Below are positions 57,282-64,000 of a stretch of DNA of 64,000 bases, one piece after another. The DNA comes from an uncultured Gemmatimonadales bacterium (GTDB lineage: Bacteria; Gemmatimonadota; Gemmatimonadetes; Gemmatimonadales; Gemmatimonadaceae): contig OY969695.1 of NCBI GenBank assembly GCA_963701965.1, positions 3,648,001 through 3,712,000 on the forward strand, given 5' to 3'. The notes under the pieces are model-generated. The model was not told the origin of the DNA, searched no databases, and saw nothing but the letters and a program-made list of their open reading frames with translations. Position numbers and translations under genes: made by a program. Every line of letters starts with the position of its first letter. The stretch's first letter is position 1.

Positions 57282-59885
57282 ATGACACGTAAGCCGGTCG
57301 ACCGCTTCCTGCCGCCGGACCACGCGGCGTTCGTCGCGGCCGAGCCGCCGACGGGCCGCGTCATCGTCATCGCGCCGACGCGCGCCGCCTGCGAGACGAT
57401 CGAGCTGGCCCTGGGCCTCCAGCTGGACACGTTCCTGGAGCGCGAGCACGGCGCCGATGTGCGGCGTCTCGCGGCATCGCGGCAGGGGTTCGGCATCGTG
57501 GCCGGCACGGGCACCGGCAAGACGCTGGCGATTCGCCCGATCGCCGAGGCGATTCTGCGCGCGCCGCTCCGCGTCGGGGTCGTCAACCGCGAGCGCGAGG
57601 CGACGCCGGAGACGCCGACGTGGAACGTCGTCATCGTGACGACCGGCATCGCCCGCCGCTGGTTTCAGGCCGGCGACATCCTGCCGACCGATACGCTGGT
57701 CGTCGACGAGATTCACCAGACGTCGGCCGAATTGGAGCTCTGTCTCGCCCTCGGTCTTCGAACAGGATGCCGCTTCATCTGGCTCTCGGCGACCGTCGAC
57801 CCCCGCTTCTACGCGCGCTATCTCGGATCGGCCGAAGTGATCGAGAGCACGGCGTTCGATCCGACGAAGGCGGCGCGGGTGACCATCGTGCGGAAGGATC
57901 CGACGGAGTTTCTGGACGACAAGTTCCTGAAAGACGTCGCCCGCGAGAAGCGCGGCGTCGGCGTGTTTCTTCCGACGCGGGCCATCGTCGAGCAGGTGGC
58001 CGAGGACGTGGCGACGAAATTTCCGCGCATCAATGCCGCCTACTATCACGGCGGTGAGCCGATCCGCGTCATCCGCCCCTTTCTCGAAACCGACGACGCG
58101 CGGCCCTACGTGCTGGCGATGACGGCCGCGGGGCAAAGTGCGCTCAACGTCCGCGGGTTGAACACGGTCGTCATCGACGACACGCGCTTTACCAACGTCA
58201 TCGAGCGCGGGCGCAACGTACTCACCCGCCTCCATCTCGGTGCCAACGAGATCCTGCAGATGGCGGGACGGGTGCACGGCCGCGTCGCGGGCGGGCGCGT
58301 GTTCATCCTGTCCGACCGCGACATCCACTTCGCGGCGCTCCGGCCGGTAGAGCCGGAGTTCCAGCTGGCGGGCGACTCCGAGCGGGTCGCGCTGGCCTGC
58401 GCCGCGCTGGGCGTCCGGGCCGACGAGCTGGATCTGCCGGTGCCACTCGACCGGCCGGCGTACCGGCGCGCCGTGGACCTGTTGGAGTGGCGGGGCATTA
58501 TCGAAGCGGGGCGACTCACGGCCTACGGGCGCGCCATCGAGTCGCTGCCCGTGGAGCGGGCGTGGGCCGAGTTGGTGGTGAACGCCGAGGATGACCTGCT
58601 GCCCGTCGTGGCGGTGATGAGCGCCATCGAGTCGCTGCACCGGATGACGCGCGACGAGCGCGACCTGAGCGGATTGATCGTGGCCGGCAGCGACCATCTC
58701 TCGGCGTATAACGTGTACGCCGAGGCGTTCCGCCTCCACGGGTCCATAGGAGAAGTCTACGGACTGCCCCGGCACGTCTTCGCTCCCGAGCTCGACGAGT
58801 GGGCGGAGCGCCGCGGCGTGCTCGTCAAGGCGATCGAGGACGCGGCGTTGGGCGTGGCCAGCGTGTATCGCAGCGTCGCCCTGCCACTGCCGGCCGATCT
58901 TCCCCCGGCGCGCGATGCGACGTTCCGCAAATTCGCGGATCTCCTCGCCCGGTTCATGCCCTTCGATCTCGTGATCGACGAGGAGACGGCCGACGGACAG
59001 CCGGCCCGCGTCTCGCGGAGCAGCGTCGCCGGGAGCTGGGGGGCCATCGCCGGCACCCTCCGCTATTTCGCGGACAAGTTCGGCATCGCGCGCGCCGCCA
59101 TCGAAGGGACCCAGGTCTCCATGGATCTCATCCGCCGATACGCGCGTCGCTCGGCGCCCGAGGTCGTGTACGACGCGAGCCGCAAGCATCAGGCACTCGT
59201 GGTCCGACGCCGGCTGGAGTACTTCGGGTTCGAGCTCGAGCGCGAGACAGAGTCCCTGGAGGACTTTGGCGAGCAGGCCGACGCGGCGCGCGATGCCCTC
59301 GCCGGGGCGCTCGCCTCCGGTGAAGCGCGCCATCCCGCCGTCCGTCGCCATCAGCGCGTGGTCGACGAGATCCGGGACGCGTATCGTCGCTCCGGCGGCC
59401 AGACGCCGCGGCTCGGCGCCGCCGAGTTGGCCGCGCTGTATCGGCGCGCACTCGAACCCGTCGGCTCCTACGCTGAATTTCGTAGTGCGCCGCTGACCAT
59501 CGATCTCGACGCGGTGCTCGCGCCGGAGGCGCGGCACCGCTATCGCGATCTGCCGTCCGAGGCCATGGTGCGCGGGCAGAGCGTCCCGATCGACTACGAT
59601 GTCGAGGAGACGGAACGCGGTCCGCTCGGGGTGGCCCGGTTGAGGCTCCCGGCAAAAATTGCGCGCACGTTGACCGAGGCCGAGCTACCGGTGCTGGATC
59701 GGCCGCTCCGCTTCATCGTCACCCGCGGCCAGCTCGGCGCCGTGCGCGCCGATACGCTCGACGCGCTGCAGGACAAGCTCGACGAGCCCTGGTCGCCGCC
59801 CAAGCGCGCGCGGCCCCACCCGAACCCGAACCTCCGGCACGGCAAGCACGCCAAGCACCACAAGCGCGGCCGTCGCCGGCGGTAG
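57282..59885 (+). CDS. DExH-box helicase (HrpA/HrpB-like)
   Basis: AGTGTGKT, DEIH, SAT, FLPT, QMAGRVHGR, HA2-like LTAYGRAIESLPV. Confidence 0.88.
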   Translation: MTRKPVDRFLPPDHAAFVAAEPPTGRVIVIAPTRAACETIELALGLQLDTFLEREHGADVRRLAASRQGFGIVAGTGTGKTLAIRPIAEAILRAPLRVGVVNREREATPETPTWNVVIVTTGIARRWFQAGDILPTDTLVVDEIHQTSAELELCLALGLRTGCRFIWLSATVDPRFYARYLGSAEVIESTAFDPTKAARVTIVRKDPTEFLDDKFLKDVAREKRGVGVFLPTRAIVEQVAEDVATKFPRINAAYYHGGEPIRVIRPFLETDDARPYVLAMTAAGQSALNVRGLNTVVIDDTRFTNVIERGRNVLTRLHLGANEILQMAGRVHGRVAGGRVFILSDRDIHFAALRPVEPEFQLAGDSERVALACAALGVRADELDLPVPLDRPAYRRAVDLLEWRGIIEAGRLTAYGRAIESLPVERAWAELVVNAEDDLLPVVAVMSAIESLHRMTRDERDLSGLIVAGSDHLSAYNVYAEAFRLHGSIGEVYGLPRHVFAPELDEWAERRGVLVKAIEDAALGVASVYRSVALPLPADLPPARDATFRKFADLLARFMPFDLVIDEETADGQPARVSRSSVAGSWGAIAGTLRYFADKFGIARAAIEGTQVSMDLIRRYARRSAPEVVYDASRKHQALVVRRRLEYFGFELERETESLEDFGEQADAARDALAGALASGEARHPAVRRHQRVVDEIRDAYRRSGGQTPRLGAAELAALYRRALEPVGSYAEFRSAPLTIDLDAVLAPEARHRYRDLPSEAMVRGQSVPIDYDVEETERGPLGVARLRLPAKIARTLTEAELPVLDRPLRFIVTRGQLGAVRADTLDALQDKLDEPWSPPKRARPHPNPNLRHGKHAKHHKRGRRRR

Positions 59886-59953
59886 GCTTGGCGCCGTCGC
59901 ATGCGCCTTACGAACGGCTGAGGCCCACGAAGATTCCGTCGCGGTGCCGAGAG

Positions 59954-60913
59954 TTACTGGACCTGCCAGGCACCGCCTTTCTCGGACGCTCCCACGTATC
60001 CCAGGACAAGATCCCAAGATTCGACAGCGTGACGTATTGCCTCACTGGACTGTGCTGTGTTGCGATCCACGGAGTGTCGATCATAGCCGTGGGTGACCCA
60101 CGTCGATAGGGCACGGAGGGCGAGTTCTTTTGGCAATTCGCACAGGTCGTCGAAATACCAAACCAGGAATGTGTCCAACACTCGCAGGGCGGCTATCGCG
60201 TTGTCAGCATTCCAGTCCGTTGGGACGCGACTGAATTTGAGCTTCGGAAAAAGGTCGATCTTCGTCGGCCGTGTATTGATTGGTCTCACCCTTACCTTGA
60301 TGTGCACATTCTCGTTCCGTAGCTCCGTCAATTCTCCCAATGCTTTTGTTCGCGAATCTGTGCGAGGAAGGGCCTTATCGGGCCGGCGTAGCTGCAGGAA
60401 GAAGTCGAGTTTGTCGAGCATCGACAACTTCTCCAGGCCTGTTTCCAGGCTCTTTGCAAAGCCGAGGTGATGTAGCAGCGCGTTGGCGGCGGCCTCCGGC
60501 AGCAGGGCGGTAACCCTCATGCTCGCACGGGCATTGAGAGAAGAATATCTCTTGTCGCCCGAAGCCTCGGAGAGCCTCGCGAGATTCACGGCGTCCTCAA
60601 CGGTGGAAATGAAGCTAGCGATTTCGACCACCTGATTTGGTCGCGTCGCCGGCCAGGGTTTTGGCTTTCGCGGTGGCAACAATGGTCGAATGCGCTCCGC
60701 AATGTCATCGATGACCCCATTTCCAGATCGCCGTGTCTGCGACCACAATCTATCGAGCATGTCCCACGTGAATCCGAAGGGCTGGCCGAAGAGGCTCCTC
60801 GCCGCGGACGCGTGAGCTGCTGCCATTTCTGTTGGACTCGAGGGGGAAACGGCGGTCCGTTCGACGCTCTCCCATTCTTCCGGAGTCAAGGGTGAGTCGA
60901 AGTGCACGCGCAT
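59954..60913 (-). CDS. Hypothetical protein with atypical, AT-richer codon usage
   Basis: 319-aa ORF filling the gap between the helicase and dacB; no motif recognised. Confidence 0.7.
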   Translation of the reverse strand: MRVHFDSPLTPEEWESVERTAVSPSSPTEMAAAHASAARSLFGQPFGFTWDMLDRLWSQTRRSGNGVIDDIAERIRPLLPPRKPKPWPATRPNQVVEIASFISTVEDAVNLARLSEASGDKRYSSLNARASMRVTALLPEAAANALLHHLGFAKSLETGLEKLSMLDKLDFFLQLRRPDKALPRTDSRTKALGELTELRNENVHIKVRVRPINTRPTKIDLFPKLKFSRVPTDWNADNAIAALRVLDTFLVWYFDDLCELPKELALRALSTWVTHGYDRHSVDRNTAQSSEAIRHAVESWDLVLGYVGASEKGGAWQVQ

Positions 60914-61216
60914 CCGGCCATCTCACTTTTTTCAGTACAGTCGCCCAAACGACGGTGATCGCGATAAGCTACCGCTAACGATCTGACGTGCGAAGCCGCT
61001 GCCCCTCTGCGTGAATGACGACATGAGGAGGGTCGGCGAGTCGTTCATTGCGGTCCGGACAGTTGGTGTTGCTCGCGGATCGCGCGCGTACCGATCTCCG
61101 CGTCGCCAGGATCGATCGCGTTCGGCTCGTCTGCGGCAACCGCGTCCCTCCTTCACGCGGGCCGCGGCCGTTACTGGTGCGAATAGAACTGGGCGCGCCG
61201 TGGCGACTAACGAAAA

Positions 61217-61252
61217 TCCCAACCGGCTCGGCCAGCGCAAGGCCGGCCGGGA
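61217..61252 (-). terminator. Probable terminator hairpin after dacB
   Basis: Minus strand CCGGCCGGCC-TTGCGCT-GGCCGAGCCGG followed by TTGGGATTTT. Confidence 0.45.
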
Positions 61253-61257
61253 CCGTG

Positions 61258-62772
61258 CTACTGGCGAATAAACGACGCCAGCGTGGCGCCCATCCCGTCG
61301 ATCGTCGACTTCGCGTTCCAACGGTCGTAGCCGTTGTAGATGAAGCTGAACGCGAGCACTTCGCCGTCCATCGCCGTGACGTATCCGCCCAGGGAGATCA
61401 CGTCGTTCGTCGTGCCGGTCTTGGCGTGCAGGTTGCCCTGCGCCGGCGTGTATCGCATGCGGTTCCGCAGCAGCTCGGACTCGCCGGCGACGGGCAGCGA
61501 CGCGTGGAGCGCCGGGCCCCACGGCGCCCGATGCGCGTAGGCCAGCAGGTCGACCATCGCCCGCGGGGTGATGCGGTCGAGGGTGGAGAGCCCGCTGCCG
61601 TCGGTGACGGTCACCGCGTCGCGAGGGGCATCGACCTTCTGGTTCAGGAAATCCCGCAGCATCGCGCCGCCCAGCTCGGCGGACCCGATCTCCGTCCGTG
61701 CCGGCCCGCGGACCGCATCGCGAAATAACAGTTCAGCGTAGCAATTGATACTCTCACGATTCATCGCCGCGACGATACGGGCCAATGGCGGGGAGGCGAG
61801 CGAGGCGACACCGACCGCGCCGGCCGTCGTCGGCGCCAGGCGCACGTGCCCGCCCACGATGACCCCCTGTGAGGCCAGGGCATCGCGCAGAGCGCCCGTG
61901 GCGAAAAGCGCCGGGTCCTCGATGACCAGTTCCACGGTCTTGGTGGAGGCGCGCTCGCCGATCCAACCCCGGGCCTCGACCCCGCCATCGACTCGCGCCC
62001 GCACCACGATCGACGACCCCCGGCTGTCGGCGACCGTCTTGACCGAGTTCGCCAAGGGAATCGCGCTGGATGACGGTTCGAGCCCCACGATGGCCGCCCG
62101 CCCGGGCTGTCCGGGCGACACCGCGACCCATGCCAGGTTGTCGTTCAGCGACAGCGCCGACACGCGGGGCGCATAGCCCGCGGTGAGCCACCGCGGCAAC
62201 CAGCCCAGCGGCACCCGCTGCGCCTCGAACGCCGTCGCGTCGCCGATCAGATCCCCGTCGACGTGCTTGATGCCGGCACTCTTCACATAGCGCGCGAGCA
62301 GTTGCATGGGCGCGTCCGGCTCGCCCCGCAGAAACCGGTTCGACAGCGACGGGTCCCCGTCGCCCCGCAGGATCAAGTTGCCGTGCAGCGTGCCCGCCGA
62401 GTCGAGCGGTCCGTCGCGCAGCACATCGGTGCTGAACTCGAACTCGGGGCCAAACCGCTCGAACGCCAACGCCGACGTGAAGAGCTTCATCGTCGACGCC
62501 GGCTGCAGGGCCAGGTCCGGGTTCACGGAGTACAGCGTGTCGCCCCGCGTCAGGGACACCACGATGACGCCCCAGCGCCCGCCGCGCGTGCGCCGCGTCA
62601 GCTGGCCCGCGAGGTCACCCGCCAGCGCCTCCGTGGTGCGGGGCGCGTCGTACCGCACCGCCGGCACCGCGGTCGAGACCGCGCGCCGGCGCCGATGCCG
62701 GGGACGGGCAGGGGGATTGAAGCCGACCGATGCGGCCAGCACAAGGGCGAACGTAGCGCGAAGTATGAGCAC
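61258..62772 (-). CDS. dacB: D-alanyl-D-alanine carboxypeptidase/endopeptidase (PBP4, S13 family)
   Basis: PASTMKL (SxxK), GDGDPSL, SIN (SxN), DGSGLS, AKTGT. Confidence 0.94.
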   Translation of the reverse strand: MLILRATFALVLAASVGFNPPARPRHRRRRAVSTAVPAVRYDAPRTTEALAGDLAGQLTRRTRGGRWGVIVVSLTRGDTLYSVNPDLALQPASTMKLFTSALAFERFGPEFEFSTDVLRDGPLDSAGTLHGNLILRGDGDPSLSNRFLRGEPDAPMQLLARYVKSAGIKHVDGDLIGDATAFEAQRVPLGWLPRWLTAGYAPRVSALSLNDNLAWVAVSPGQPGRAAIVGLEPSSSAIPLANSVKTVADSRGSSIVVRARVDGGVEARGWIGERASTKTVELVIEDPALFATGALRDALASQGVIVGGHVRLAPTTAGAVGVASLASPPLARIVAAMNRESINCYAELLFRDAVRGPARTEIGSAELGGAMLRDFLNQKVDAPRDAVTVTDGSGLSTLDRITPRAMVDLLAYAHRAPWGPALHASLPVAGESELLRNRMRYTPAQGNLHAKTGTTNDVISLGGYVTAMDGEVLAFSFIYNGYDRWNAKSTIDGMGATLASFIRQ

Positions 62773-62782
62773 GACCCGAGCT

Positions 62783-63997
62783 TCAGATTTTCAGAACGAT
62801 TTTGCGACGATACAGCACTGTGAGGACGCCCAGCCACAGGAGTACGAAACCCAGCGCGAAGGCCACCGAGGCGACCTTCGGACTGAGCCACGACGCCAAC
62901 ATCACATTATACACGGCAGTCTCGAGCGAGACAGACTTTCCGTCCATCTGGACCAGGACGACCGAGTAGATGAGCCGGGCCATCACTTCGGCCCCCACGA
63001 ACGCCACGATCGGGTTGACGCCGAACGGCAGGAACGGCCGCGTCCACCACCGGATCCCCACCACGTCGACCAACCAGATGCAGAGGCCAAGCGAAACGGC
63101 CGCCATCCCTCCGGTAAAGAGTACGTACGAGCTGGTCCACAGGTTTTTGTTGATTGGAAACCACCAATTCCCGATGAGCCCGGCCACCATCAAGAGCGCG
63201 CCCGCCGCGAACAGACCGTTGAGCCGCTCGGCGATGGGCCGCGGCGAGCCGATCCAGCGACCCGCGAGCACCCCGAGCAGCACCGTTCCCACCGCCGGAA
63301 GCGTCGTGAGGACCCCTTCGGGGTCCCACGTGACGCTCTGATTCCAGATGTGGTTTCCGTAGGGGCCCCAGTCCAACAGCGCCCGATCGACGCTCGCGGC
63401 CACGGTGGCTGCCGCGGGAGACAAAGGGCCCAGGGACATCACGAGCCAGTAGCCGACCAGGATCACGCACAGCGCGACGATCAGCGTGCGCGCACTCGCG
63501 CGCAGCGCGAGCAGCGCCCCCAGCAGGTACGCGATCCCAATGCGCTGGAGCACTCCCATGAATCGGACGTGGTACAACCGGTCGACGACGCGGGCACCAA
63601 ACGACGGGAAGTCCCCGGTCCACGTATAGAACGGGAACCAGTTGATCAGCAGTCCAAGCGCGAAGATGATACCCGCCCGCCGCACGATCTGTCGGACGAG
63701 CGCCGCGTCGTCCTGTCCCCGCGCCCGCCGCGCGGCGGCGGAAAGGGACGTCGTGATGCCGACGATGAACAGAAAGAACGGGAAAACGAGATCGGTGGGG
63801 GTCCAGCCGTTCCACGCCGCGTGCTGCAGCGGCGGATAGATGTGTCCCCAGCTGCCCGGATCATTGACCAACAGCATGCCCGCGACCGTGATGCCGCGGA
63901 ACACGTCGAGCGAGACCAGCCGCTCGCTAGCGGCCGGCGTCGGCGACGGGATGGACTGAGGCCGGACTATGCCATCCGGCGCTATCGCACTCGACAC
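62783..63997 (-). CDS. HGSNAT/NagX-like membrane acyltransferase; start near the window edge
   Basis: [43 protein letters not shown]. Confidence 0.9.
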   Translation of the reverse strand: MSSAIAPDGIVRPQSIPSPTPAASERLVSLDVFRGITVAGMLLVNDPGSWGHIYPPLQHAAWNGWTPTDLVFPFFLFIVGITTSLSAAARRARGQDDAALVRQIVRRAGIIFALGLLINWFPFYTWTGDFPSFGARVVDRLYHVRFMGVLQRIGIAYLLGALLALRASARTLIVALCVILVGYWLVMSLGPLSPAAATVAASVDRALLDWGPYGNHIWNQSVTWDPEGVLTTLPAVGTVLLGVLAGRWIGSPRPIAERLNGLFAAGALLMVAGLIGNWWFPINKNLWTSSYVLFTGGMAAVSLGLCIWLVDVVGIRWWTRPFLPFGVNPIVAFVGAEVMARLIYSVVLVQMDGKSVSLETAVYNVMLASWLSPKVASVAFALGFVLLWLGVLTVLYRRKIVLKI

Positions 63998-64000
63998 GCA

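Noticed and set aside
60914..61257. tRNA, riboswitch or small gene in the 340-bp gap
   Set aside because: No cloverleaf or known consensus recognised; ORFs here lack convincing starts or composition

Overview
High-GC bacterial chromosomal segment. Gene content and style suggest Gemmatimonadota (inference, not checked). Most of it is housekeeping: queG, greA, glpD, fadIJ, proline dehydrogenase, rsgA, nadE, PBP1A, lon, a fused 2-oxoacid dehydrogenase E1, a DEAD-box and a DExH helicase, and dacB. It also holds one long co-oriented cofactor cluster, pqqABCDE - PAS histidine kinase - bioFADB - pdxH, divergent from an ECF sigma/zinc anti-sigma pair. Small accessory modules are interspersed: a 'mobile mystery' HTH/Fic pair with palindromic operators, a DUF6036-type nucleotidyltransferase pair with phased direct repeats, a DUF3800 gene followed by a structured RNA-like element, and an orphan gene. 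The best candidate for an undescribed system is at 53814-57143 (-): a 63-aa secreted six-cysteine peptide whose spacing closely resembles the plant carboxypeptidase-inhibitor knottin, translationally coupled to a membrane-anchored DsbA-like oxidoreductase and followed by an orphan MacB-type permease. A dispersed hairpin-TGTCCAACCGAC-hairpin repeat with covarying stems occurs at two convergent gene junctions. Four apparent single-base-insertion frameshifts suggest an indel-prone assembly. No rRNA, tRNA, CRISPR array, transposase or integrase was recognised. All calls come from reading the sequence; no searches were run.
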